Assembly (NCBI GenBank): GCA_965220745.1
Contig: CBDCQT010000008.1
Coordinates: 1-26,244, forward strand
Length of the DNA: 26,244 nucleotides
From: Alphaproteobacteria bacterium
GTDB lineage: Bacteria > Pseudomonadota > Alphaproteobacteria > UBA828
Direction of reading: 5' to 3'
Part shown: positions 16,469 to 24,795 of the stretch, piece by piece
How the letters are laid out: every line of letters starts with the position of its first letter
Numbering within the stretch: the stretch's first letter is position 1
Notes under the pieces: model-generated
Told to the model about the DNA's origin: nothing
The model's input: only the letters and a program-made list of their open reading frames with translations
The model's database searches: none
Program-made: the position numbers and the translations under genes

Positions 16469-17695
16469 ATACGAAGTTTCCTGGCCGCTGTGGTTTTGGT
16501 GTTCGGCCTTCCCCTCCCCGCCGCAGCGCAGGATCTCAGCAGCATGTTTCGCGATGGCATGCAGGCGATCGAGGCCGCCGTGGCGGCCGAAGGCGACCGG
16601 CGGGACAAGCTGCTCGACAAGGCGATCGCCGTCCTCCGCCGGATGCTGGTGGTCGACCCCGGCCTCGTTCGCGTCCGCCTGGAGCTGGCCCGCTCCTTCT
16701 ATCTCAAGGGGGAGGACTCCCTCGCCCGCCGGCACTTCGAGGCGGTCCTTGCCGGCGGGGTGCCCCCGGAGGTCGCCGCCAACATTCACGCGTTCCTTTC
16801 GGATATCCGCGCCCGCAAGCGCTGGAGCTACAACGCCGGCTTCGCCCTTGCCCCCGACACCAACATCGGCGCAGGCTCCGACGAGCGGATCATCACCATC
16901 TACGGCCTGCCCTTCACGCGGGACGCGGCTCAGCTCACCACTTCGGGCGTCGGCCTCGTGCTGTGGGGCGGTGCCGAATACCAGTACCCGATGAACGACC
17001 GGACCCGCCTGCGCTCGGGTGCCAATATTCTGCGCCGGGAGCATTCCGGCTCCGCCTTCGACGAAGCCTCCGTGTCCCTTCACGCCGGTCCCCGGTTACT
17101 GATGGACGCGAACACCGAGGCCAGCGTGCTGTCCACCGCGAGGCAGCACTGGATCGGCACCGAGAAGGACCACCACGCCTTGGGCGGGCGCATCGAGGTC
17201 GGCCACCGCCTCACCCGGCGTGCCACCATATTCGGCCGTGTGTCCCTCGAGGATCGGCATTACCGGACCCGCACGAGCCTCGATGGCACGGCTCTAGATG
17301 TCTCCCTCATCGGCGCCTACGTGATCACCCCCACCGTTCGCGCAGATGTCTCCGCCGGTTACGGGCAGGAACGCCCCGACCGGATGCGCGAGCGGAACGA
17401 GCGGTATCGCGTGGGCGCCAACGTTTCCGTCATCCTTCCCGCCGGCTTCACCGTGAGCGGCGGTGGCGACTATCGCTGGACCAATTACGAGGCCGGCTGG
17501 TTCCCCCATGTCCTTGATAACGGCGCGCGCAAGGACAAGACCTGGAGCGCCCGCGCCTCCGTCTACAACCGCGGCTTCACGCTCATGGGCTTCAGCCCCG
17601 AGCTTGGCGTTGTGCACGAGGTTCGGAACACCAACGCGCAGCTCTACGACTACGAGCGCACATCCGGCGAGCTGCGCTTCGTGCGCCAGTTCTGA
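16469..17695 (+). CDS. Slam-family exporter 2 (intact right copy); probable start at an ATA codon
   Basis: RVRLELARSFYLKG TPR, APDTNIGAG motif, C-terminal LRFVRQF. AGGAGGAG at 16456-16463 precedes the in-frame ATA 16469, which opens a signal peptide (RSFLAAVVLVFGLPLPAAA-Q). Alternative starts: TTG 16376, ATG 16406. Confidence 0.85.
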   Translation: MRSFLAAVVLVFGLPLPAAAQDLSSMFRDGMQAIEAAVAAEGDRRDKLLDKAIAVLRRMLVVDPGLVRVRLELARSFYLKGEDSLARRHFEAVLAGGVPPEVAANIHAFLSDIRARKRWSYNAGFALAPDTNIGAGSDERIITIYGLPFTRDAAQLTTSGVGLVLWGGAEYQYPMNDRTRLRSGANILRREHSGSAFDEASVSLHAGPRLLMDANTEASVLSTARQHWIGTEKDHHALGGRIEVGHRLTRRATIFGRVSLEDRHYRTRTSLDGTALDVSLIGAYVITPTVRADVSAGYGQERPDRMRERNERYRVGANVSVILPAGFTVSGGGDYRWTNYEAGWFPHVLDNGARKDKTWSARASVYNRGFTLMGFSPELGVVHEVRNTNAQLYDYERTSGELRFVRQF

Positions 17696-17748
17696 GGCTG
17701 GCCCGTCGGGACCGGCGTCCGGAAGTCGCGTCTCTCTATCGGGAGATG

Positions 17749-18050
17749 TTGAACGAAGCCGCTACGCGGAGTTGGGGGCGTAGGGTTCGCTCAGTTTCGC
17801 GATGCCGCAGGTGCTTCTGGCGGGTGTCGCGTGCATTGCAAGTCGTGCCGAATGTCGAAGCGCCCGTGAGGTGAGAGACGCCGGCAGCCCCTCGATCACC
17901 AGTGGTTAGCATCGATCTCCGAGACGGTCCGCCGTCGGAACGGTTCGGCGGCTCGCCGTCGCGATCACGGGAGATCGACGATGACCGAGAAAGCCGCCAA
18001 CGGGGCAACCGGCACCCCTCTTCGCCAGAAGATGATCGACCAGATGTGCA
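17749..18050 (+). mobile_element. Left 302 bp of the outer IS91-like element (left terminus plus first 23 codons of its recombinase, ATG 17981)
   Basis: 17750-18050 is repeated at 18052-18352. Starts TTGAACGAAGCCGC. The interrupted sequence resumes at 23980. Confidence 0.88.
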
Positions 18051-18282
18051 ATGAACGAAGCCGCTACGCGGAGTTGGGGGCGTAGGGTTCGCTCAGTTTC
18101 GCGATGCCGCAGGTGCTTCTGGCGGGTGTCGCGTGCATTGCAAGTCGTGCCGAATGTCGAAGCGCCCGTGAGGTGAGAGACGCCGGCAGCCCCTCGATCA
18201 CCAGTGGTTAGCATCGATCTCCGAGACGGTCCGCCGTCGGAACGGTTCGGCGGCTCGCCGTCGCGATCACGGGAGATCGACG

Positions 18283-19161
18283 ATGACCGAGAAAGCCGCC
18301 AACGGGGCAACCGGCACCCCTCTTCGCCAGAAGATGATCGACCAGATGTGCATTGCCGGTCTGGCCGAGAACACGCAGACCAGCTACATCGGCGAGATCG
18401 AGCAGCTGGCCAAGCACTTCAAGGCCTCGCCTGTCGACCTCGATGCCGACCAGCTGCGGATCTGGGTCTTGTCCGGCATCAAGCGTGGCCTGAAGCCGGC
18501 GACGACCAATGTCACGGTCGCCGCCCTGAAGTTCCTCTACGCGGACACGCTCGGATGCCCCGAGCGCGTGAGCGGACTGCGCTCCCGCAGGAAGCCGCGC
18601 AAGCTGCCCCGTCACATAACGGAGGAGGAGGTCGAGCGCCTGATCCTTGCAACGCCCGACCTCCGGTACCGCGCCGCCTTCGTCACCGCTTATGGCTCAG
18701 GGCTTCGCATCTCCGAGACCGTTGCCATCAAGATCGGCGACATCATGTCGGACAAGAAGCTGCTACACATCCCTTCCAGCAAGGGCGGCGCCGAGAGGAT
18801 GGCACCGATGCCGGAAGCCGTCATCCATTATCTGCGCCGCTACTACAAGAACATCTGGCCGGAGCCGGAGAGCTGGCTCTTCTATGGCACCTCACCCGAC
18901 GTGCCCATCCGGGCAGGGACCCTGCAGGCTGCCTTCAGGAAGGCGCGCGAGCAGGCCGGCATCGACAGCCGCTGCACCTTCCACTGCCTGCGTCACTCGA
19001 CCGCGACCCATCTTCACGAGCGCGGCGCCAACATGGAGGTGATCCGCGACGCGCTCGGGCATCGGAGAGCCGACACGACCCGCGAGTACGCGCGGTCCAC
19101 CGCCAGAATGTTCGAGGGCCTCGACCACCCCGTCTCGGGCTTCTCTGTGCTTCGCAACTGA
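18283..19161 (+). CDS. IS91-associated tyrosine recombinase (N-terminal SAM-like domain)
   Basis: 292 aa. LRQKMIDQM..AGLAENTQTSY N-terminus. Catalytic SGLRISE, SKGG, HCLRHSTATH, LGH, TREY. Confidence 0.92.
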   Translation: MTEKAANGATGTPLRQKMIDQMCIAGLAENTQTSYIGEIEQLAKHFKASPVDLDADQLRIWVLSGIKRGLKPATTNVTVAALKFLYADTLGCPERVSGLRSRRKPRKLPRHITEEEVERLILATPDLRYRAAFVTAYGSGLRISETVAIKIGDIMSDKKLLHIPSSKGGAERMAPMPEAVIHYLRRYYKNIWPEPESWLFYGTSPDVPIRAGTLQAAFRKAREQAGIDSRCTFHCLRHSTATHLHERGANMEVIRDALGHRRADTTREYARSTARMFEGLDHPVSGFSVLRN

Positions 19162-19167
19162 GCGCGC

Positions 19168-20421
19168 GTGGAGCGCGAGCGCGCCGGCGTGGCGGAGATC
19201 TTCCGCCGCGCCGGCGGCGCTTACCGTGAGCGCATGGCCGGCCGGCTCGACGCCGGACGGCTCAAGGTCATGGCGGCGATCGAGGCATGCCGCACCGCCG
19301 TGCTCGGTGGGCACATGTACGCGTGTGAGAGCTGCGGGCGCGAGCATCCGCTGTTCAACTCCTGCCGCAACCGGCACTGTCCGACCTGCCAGGGCATGGC
19401 CGCCAAGCGCTGGAGCGAGGCGCGCGCCGCCGAACTCCTGCCGGTGCCCTACTTCCACGTGGTCTTCACCCTGCCCAAGGAGGTCGCCGAGATCGCCTTC
19501 TGCAACCGCAGGGTCGTCTTCGACATCCTGTTCCGGACGGTGGCCGAGACCCTGCGCACCATCGTCGCCGATCCTGGGCATGGGGGCATGCGCATCGGCG
19601 GCACCGCCGTCCTCCATACCTGGGATCAGAAGCTCCGCTTCCATCCCCATTTGCACGTGGTCGTGCCCAACGCGGGCTTCGACGTCGAGAGCGGCGAGTG
19701 GAAGACGGGGAGCGGCACCTGGCTCGCCCCCGTCAAGGTCCTCGCCAGCTTCTTCCGCCGCCGCTTCCTCGAAGACCTCGCCCGCGCCCATGGGCGGGGC
19801 GAGCTGGAGTTCCACGGCACCGTCGAGCATCTCGCCAATCCCGGCGAGTTCCATGCCGTCCTCGCCGCCGCCCGCGGCAGGGACTGGGTGGTCTACGCCA
19901 AGCGGCCCTTCCGCGGGCCGGTGCAGGTGTTCCGATACCTCGCCCGCTACACGCACAGGATCGCCATCGGTGACAGCCGCATCGCCGGCTTCGATGGCGA
20001 GACCGTCTCCTTCCGGCACCGGAAGCCGAAGCAGCCAGGGCAGAAGAAGCCGCGCTACGGCACCATGACCGTCAGCGCCGACGAGTTCATCCGCCGCTTC
20101 CTGCTCCACGTCCTGCCCGACGGGATGCACCGCATCCGTCACTTCGGCATCCTCGCCAACGGATGCCGGGCCACCACGCTGGAGCATGCCCGCGAGGCTC
20201 TCGGCTCTATCGGCTGCCCCGACGGCGAGGGTGTTGATGACGATGCGCCCGAAGGTGAACGTGAGCGCGACGAAGCAGTGCAGCCCGAGGCGGCTCCCGT
20301 GGCCTGTCCCGATTGCGGGGCGGCGCTGCGCCTCGTCCGCCAGATCCCTCGCCAGCGTCCCGCCCACGCGAGCCGGGCGCCACCCGGCGGCCGACCGAAC
20401 ACGGGTCGCAGCCGTGAGTAG
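19168..20421 (+). CDS. IS91-family rolling-circle (HUH/Y2) transposase with zinc-binding domain
   Basis: 417 aa. CRT..LGGH...CESCG...NSCRNRHCPTCQ zinc domain, YFHVVFTLP, LHTW, HPHLH, YLARY, FIRRFLLHVLP..RIRHFG. Confidence 0.95.
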   Translation: MERERAGVAEIFRRAGGAYRERMAGRLDAGRLKVMAAIEACRTAVLGGHMYACESCGREHPLFNSCRNRHCPTCQGMAAKRWSEARAAELLPVPYFHVVFTLPKEVAEIAFCNRRVVFDILFRTVAETLRTIVADPGHGGMRIGGTAVLHTWDQKLRFHPHLHVVVPNAGFDVESGEWKTGSGTWLAPVKVLASFFRRRFLEDLARAHGRGELEFHGTVEHLANPGEFHAVLAAARGRDWVVYAKRPFRGPVQVFRYLARYTHRIAIGDSRIAGFDGETVSFRHRKPKQPGQKKPRYGTMTVSADEFIRRFLLHVLPDGMHRIRHFGILANGCRATTLEHAREALGSIGCPDGEGVDDDAPEGERERDEAVQPEAAPVACPDCGAALRLVRQIPRQRPAHASRAPPGGRPNTGRSRE

Positions 20422-20700
20422 TCCCCTCGCTTCAGCTTCTTGCGCCGATGCCGTCACCCCGGCAGGCCAACGAGCTCGTGCGCGGTCTCACGCGCGGGTG
20501 AAGCCTCCCCGCCGACTCAGGGCGATCCCCCCATCATCGTGACGACCGGCATCTCGGCAGCGGCGGAAACAGCGGCAACGGCCCCGCCAATCGTCCCTTG
20601 TCGGTGATCATCTAAAAGCGCGGATAGTTGATCATTTCGCCCGGTGGGCGCGGTGAGTTGCCTGCTGCCGCGTTGGCGGTTGGAGGCATTCCTCATAAAA

Positions 20701-20769
20701 GCTGTGGGTAAGTAGCCCGGCGCAGCGACCGGCGACGAGTCTGGCGGCGCCGGGCTACTTATCCACAGC
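20701..20769. promoter_or_regulatory. 23-bp-arm inverted repeat with DnaA-box-like 9-mers in the IS21 left end
   Basis: GCTGTGGGTAAGTAGCCCGGCGC ... GCGCCGGGCTACTTATCCACAGC. TTATCCACA at 20759-20767 is the consensus DnaA box; the partner has one mismatch. Confidence 0.65.
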
Positions 20770-20977
20770 GGGCATCCGGCACGCGGCCAGCGGTCCCTCG
20801 AACCTGACAGGGGGATCGGCGGGAGTACACTCGACCGGCTGAGAACGATGCGACGCCGGCCCGATTTGCTTGGTGGCAACGGCCGGCGCCGCACCCCCCG
20901 GGCCATGCCGGGCACGGCCCAGACGCGCAGTATCGTGCGGCCTTTGGCGGGGGTCCACACCGTTCTCATCGGTCGCG

Positions 20978-21424
20978 ATGAAGAACGCCGCCCGCTTGTT
21001 CGCCTGCGCCTCCTGTCACCGTCAGGTCGTCCTTTGCCGGCGCTGCGACCACGGCAACATCTACTGCTCCAGGGGTTGTGGCGATCGGGCGCGGCGGCAT
21101 GCGCAGCGCCTTGCCGGGCGGCGCTACCAGGACAGCCGGCGGGGCCGTCACAAGCATGCGCAGCGTCAGCGACGCTACCGCGAACGCCGCCGGCGCCGGG
21201 CGCCGGCGAAGCGGCCCGTCGGGCAGAAAGTGACGCATCACCCTTTGACCGCGGCGCGGCGGCGTTCTGTTGTGACGGAGATGTCGGCGGGGCACTCGGG
21301 CACACAACCCTTCGGGCCGGACCGGCCCGCCCGGGTGTTCCGATGCGACCGCTGCGGCCGGTTCTGCGCCCGCGCGGTCTATCCGGGGCTGCGTCCGGCC
21401 CGCCGTCCGGCGCGAGAGGGGTGA
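20978..21424 (+). CDS. Cys- and Arg-rich accessory protein of the IS21 element (putative zinc-binding)
   Basis: 148 aa from ATG 20978: CASC, CRRC, YCSRGC, Arg-rich helix, CDRCGRFC. Stop is 1 nt before the istA ATG. Confidence 0.7.
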   Translation: MKNAARLFACASCHRQVVLCRRCDHGNIYCSRGCGDRARRHAQRLAGRRYQDSRRGRHKHAQRQRRYRERRRRRAPAKRPVGQKVTHHPLTAARRRSVVTEMSAGHSGTQPFGPDRPARVFRCDRCGRFCARAVYPGLRPARRPAREG

Positions 21425-21425
21425 G

Positions 21426-22931
21426 ATGGCCATCGATGACAAGACCCGCGCCGAGATCCTGCGCCTGTATTACGCCGAGAAGTGGAAGATCGGCACGATC
21501 GCACGCCAGCTCGGGGTTCATCACTCGACCGTCGACCGGGTTCTGGCCGCAGCCGGGGTGCCCAGGCAGGAGAGACGGCGGCGGCGTTCGAAGTTCGATC
21601 CCTTCCTGCCCTTCATCCGCCAGACCCTGGCGGTCTATCCCAGGCTGACCGCCAGCCGGCTCTACCAGATGGCGCACGAGCGCGGCTATCGCGGCAGCCA
21701 GAGCCACTTCCGCCGCCTCGTCGCCCGCGAGCGGCCGAGGCCCGTGGCCGAGGCCTATCTGCGCCTCAAGACCCTTCCCGGCGAGCAGGCCCAGGTCGAC
21801 TGGGCCCACTTCGGCACGGTGAGGATCGGCCGCGCGGAGCGTCGCCTGATGGGCTTCGTGATGGTGCTGAGCTACTCGCGGCGGGTCTTCCTGCGCTTCT
21901 ACCTCGACGCCGGCATGAGCAACTTCCTGCGCGGCCACGGCGCGGCCTTCGAGGCGTGGCAGGGCGTGCCGCGCGAGCTCTGGTACGACAACCTCAAGAG
22001 CGTCGTGGCGGAGCGCCAGGGCGACGCCATCCGGTTCAACCCGCAGCTCCTCGCTTTCGCCGGCCACTACCTGTTCCTGCCCCGGCCGGTGGCGGTCGCG
22101 CGCGGTAACGAGAAGGGGCGCGTGGAACGCGCCATCCGCTATGTTCGCGACAACTTCTTCGCCGCCCGCGCCTGGCGCGACATCGACGACCTGAACGCCC
22201 AAGCCGAGGACTGGTGCGACGGCATCGCCGCCGACCGTCCTTGGCCGGAAGACCGCTCGATCGCCGTGCGCGAGGCCTTCGAGCGCGAGCGCGGCGCCCT
22301 GATCGCGCTGCCCGGCGATCCCTTCCCGGCCCACGACCGGGTCGAGGTCGTCATCGGCAAGACCCCCTACGCCAGGTTCGATCTCAACGATTACAGCGTG
22401 CCGCACACCCATGTCGGCCGCACCCTGGTCGTGGTCGCGACGCTCGATGAGGTGCGCATCCTCGACGGCGTGAAGGTGATCGCCGCTCACCCGCGCAGCT
22501 TCGACAAGGATGATTGCGTCGAGATCCCCGGACATATCGCCGACCTCGCCAGGCACAAGCGCCATGCGCGGCGCCTTCGCGGCCAGGGCCGGCTGTTCAA
22601 CGCCGCGCCCGCAAGCGAGCGCCTGCTCGCCGACGCAGCCATGCGCGGCGACAATCTCGGCACCATCGTCGCCGCCCTGTTGCGCCTGCTCGACGCCTAC
22701 GGCGCCGCCGAACTCGAGGCGGCCATCGGCGAGGCCCTCGAGCGTGGCGTCCCGCATCCTAACGCCGTGCGCCTGAGCCTCACCCGGCGCCGCGAGCAGC
22801 GCAACCAGCCCCCGCCCGTCCCGGTCGACCTGCCCAGCGACGCGAAGGCACGCGACATCGCGGTGCGCGACCACGACCTCGGCGGATACGACGGGCTGAC
22901 CGAAGACCCCGAGGAGGACAGTGAAGAATGA
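21426..22931 (+). CDS. istA: IS21 transposase IstA (HTH plus DDE)
   Basis: 501 aa. N-terminal HTH ([16 protein letters not shown]), [35 protein letters not shown]. Confidence 0.96.
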   Translation: MAIDDKTRAEILRLYYAEKWKIGTIARQLGVHHSTVDRVLAAAGVPRQERRRRRSKFDPFLPFIRQTLAVYPRLTASRLYQMAHERGYRGSQSHFRRLVARERPRPVAEAYLRLKTLPGEQAQVDWAHFGTVRIGRAERRLMGFVMVLSYSRRVFLRFYLDAGMSNFLRGHGAAFEAWQGVPRELWYDNLKSVVAERQGDAIRFNPQLLAFAGHYLFLPRPVAVARGNEKGRVERAIRYVRDNFFAARAWRDIDDLNAQAEDWCDGIAADRPWPEDRSIAVREAFERERGALIALPGDPFPAHDRVEVVIGKTPYARFDLNDYSVPHTHVGRTLVVVATLDEVRILDGVKVIAAHPRSFDKDDCVEIPGHIADLARHKRHARRLRGQGRLFNAAPASERLLADAAMRGDNLGTIVAALLRLLDAYGAAELEAAIGEALERGVPHPNAVRLSLTRRREQRNQPPPVPVDLPSDAKARDIAVRDHDLGGYDGLTEDPEEDSEE

Positions 22932-23719
22932 CCGATCCCCTCATGGAACGCGCCCGGGCGCTGGGCCTGCACGGCCTCGTCGCCCACTGGGACGACATCG
23001 GCGAGACCGGCTGGTTACCCGAGCTGATCGCCTGGGAAGAGGAGGAGAAGCGCAGCCGCAGCCTCAAGCGCCGCCTCGGCGCCGCCCGCATCGGCCGCTT
23101 CAAGCCGCTTGCCGACTTCGACTGGGACTGGCCGAGGCGCTGCGACCGCATGGCCGTCGAGGACCTCATGACCCTCGGCTTCCTCAACGAGGCCGCCAAC
23201 GTCGTCCTCGTCGGCCCCAACGGCGTCGGCAAGTCGACTATCGCCGCCAACATCGCCCACCGCGCCGTCCTGGCCGGCCACACCGTGCGCTTCGCCACCG
23301 CCGCCAGCTTGCTCGGCGAACTCGCCACCATCGACTCCGACAGCCTGCTCCAGCGCAAGCTGCGCTTCTACGCCCGCCAGCAGCTCCTGGTGATCGACGA
23401 GGTCGGATACCTGTCCTACAGCAACCGCCATGCCGACCTGTTGTTCAACATCGTCTCCAGCCGCTCGCAAAGACACTCCACCATGATCACCACCAATCGC
23501 CCCTTCGCCGAGTGGGGCGAGGCCTTCCCCAACGCCGCCTGCCTCGTCGCCCTAGTCGACCGCCTCGTCCACAACGCCGAGATCGTCGCCATCGACGGCG
23601 ATTCCTATCGCCGCAAGGAGGCCGAGGAACGCCAGAAGGAACGCTCGGCCGAGCGCCGGCGGCGGCGGAGCCATGCACGGCCTTCCTCCAGAGCATCGGC
23701 GCAGACGCCAACTGGCTGA
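22928..23719 (+). CDS. istB: IS21 helper AAA+ ATPase IstB
   Basis: 263 aa. Walker A GPNGVGKS, Walker B LLVIDEVGY, ITTNRPFAEW, DRLVH, GDSYR. ATGA overlap with istA. Confidence 0.96.
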   Translation: MTDPLMERARALGLHGLVAHWDDIGETGWLPELIAWEEEEKRSRSLKRRLGAARIGRFKPLADFDWDWPRRCDRMAVEDLMTLGFLNEAANVVLVGPNGVGKSTIAANIAHRAVLAGHTVRFATAASLLGELATIDSDSLLQRKLRFYARQQLLVIDEVGYLSYSNRHADLLFNIVSSRSQRHSTMITTNRPFAEWGEAFPNAACLVALVDRLVHNAEIVAIDGDSYRRKEAEERQKERSAERRRRRSHARPSSRASAQTPTG

Positions 23720-23937
23720 TCAACCCATCGAGACCGCCCGGCAGCACCGCGGCGGAGCCGGGCCAACCGCCAAACCCCGATCGTCAGGACTGCACCCCAC
23801 CGACCGCGCCAAACCGCGGATGATGATCAAATATGCGCGCTTCTAAGTGATCGCCAACATCCCTTCGTAAGCCCTCCATCAGCGCACTTTCCACATACCA
23901 GCCACCTGAACTCGGGGCCCGCGGCTTCGTTCAAACA

Positions 23938-23973
23938 GGTTGAGCAGGCTCGCTCCCGCGAACCTGCTCAACC
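23938..23973. repeat. Long hairpin immediately outside the IS91-like right inverted repeat
   Basis: GGTTGAGCAGG-C-TCGC-TCCC-GCGA-A-CCTGCTCAACC. Confidence 0.85.
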
Positions 23974-23979
23974 CTTAAG

Positions 23980-24789
23980 ATTGCCGGTCTGGCCGAGAAC
24001 ACGCAGACCAGCTACATCGGCGAGATCGAGCAGCTGGCCAAGCACTTCAAGGCCTCGCCTGTCGACCTCGATGCCGACCAGCTGCGGATCTGGGTCTTGT
24101 CCGGCATCAAGCGTGGCCTGAAGCCGGCGACGACCAATGTCACGGTCGCCGCCCTGAAGTTCCTCTACGCGGACACGCTCGGATGCCCCGAGCGCGTGAG
24201 CGGACTGCGCTCCCGCAGGAAGCCGCGCAAGCTGCCCCGTCACATAACGGAGGAGGAGGTCGAGCGCCTGATCCTTGCAACGCCCGACCTCCGGTACCGC
24301 GCCGCCTTCGTCACCGCTTATGGCTCAGGGCTTCGCATCTCCGAGACCGTTGCCATCAAGATCGGCGACATCATGTCGGACAAGAAGCTGCTACACATCC
24401 CTTCCAGCAAGGGCGGCGCCGAGAGGATGGCACCGATGCCGGAAGCCGTCATCCATTATCTGCGCCGCTACTACAAGAACATCTGGCCGGAGCCGGAGAG
24501 CTGGCTCTTCTATGGCACCTCACCCGACGTGCCCATCCGGGCAGGGACCCTGCAGGCTGCCTTCAGGAAGGCGCGCGAGCAGGCCGGCATCGACAGCCGC
24601 TGCACCTTCCACTGCCTGCGTCACTCGACCGCGACCCATCTTCACGAGCGCGGCGCCAACATGGAGGTGATCCGCGACGCGCTCGGGCATCGGAGAGCCG
24701 ACACGACCCGCGAGTACGCGCGGTCCACCGCCAGAATGTTCGAGGGCCTCGACCACCCCGTCTCGGGCTTCTCTGTGCTTCGCAACTGA
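23980..24789 (+). pseudogene. Outer-copy tyrosine recombinase, split after codon 23 by the nested insertion
   Basis: 5' part at 17981-18050; the remainder begins ATTGCCGGTCTG at 23980 and lacks the native start. Confidence 0.88.
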
Positions 24790-24795
24790 GCGCGC

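Larger units (their letters stand above)
11154..17118. repeat. Right arm of the large inverted repeat (partner 1-5966)
   Basis: Begins at AGGAGAGCCTCGAAGCCATG. Right limit is a minimum because the partner runs off the window. Confidence 0.97.
20599..23859 (+). mobile_element. IS21-family insertion sequence, 3261 bp, 5-bp target duplication TCCCT
   Basis: Ends TGTCGGTGATCA... and ...TGATCGCCAACA; terminal inverted repeats match at 30 of 37 positions. TCCCT at 20594-20598 and 23860-23864. The empty site is visible at about 26221-26235 in the other IS91 copy. Confidence 0.96.
18051..23979 (+). mobile_element. Inner IS91-like element (tyrosine recombinase plus Y2 transposase) carrying an IS21 and a 45-bp tail
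   Basis: Left end TGAACGAAGCCGC (18052-18064), right inverted copy GCGGCTTCGTTCAA (23921-23934). Interrupts the outer copy at ...GATGTGCA/TTGCCGG... with at most 1 shared base. Confidence 0.88.

Noticed and set aside
17750-18352. 302-bp direct repeat as a simple tandem duplication
   Set aside because: The first copy continues exactly at 23980, so nested insertion explains it better.
18892-22874. 521-aa (18892-20457, also 24520-26085) and 785-aa (20517-22874) minus-strand ORFs
   Set aside because: Antisense shadows of the IS91 transposase and istA.
23938-23973. Hairpin with GTTGAGC and GCTCAAC as an integron attC site
   Set aside because: The boxes are in the reverse order for attC (RYYYAAC should come first), the site is too short, and no IntI-type integrase or cassette array is present.
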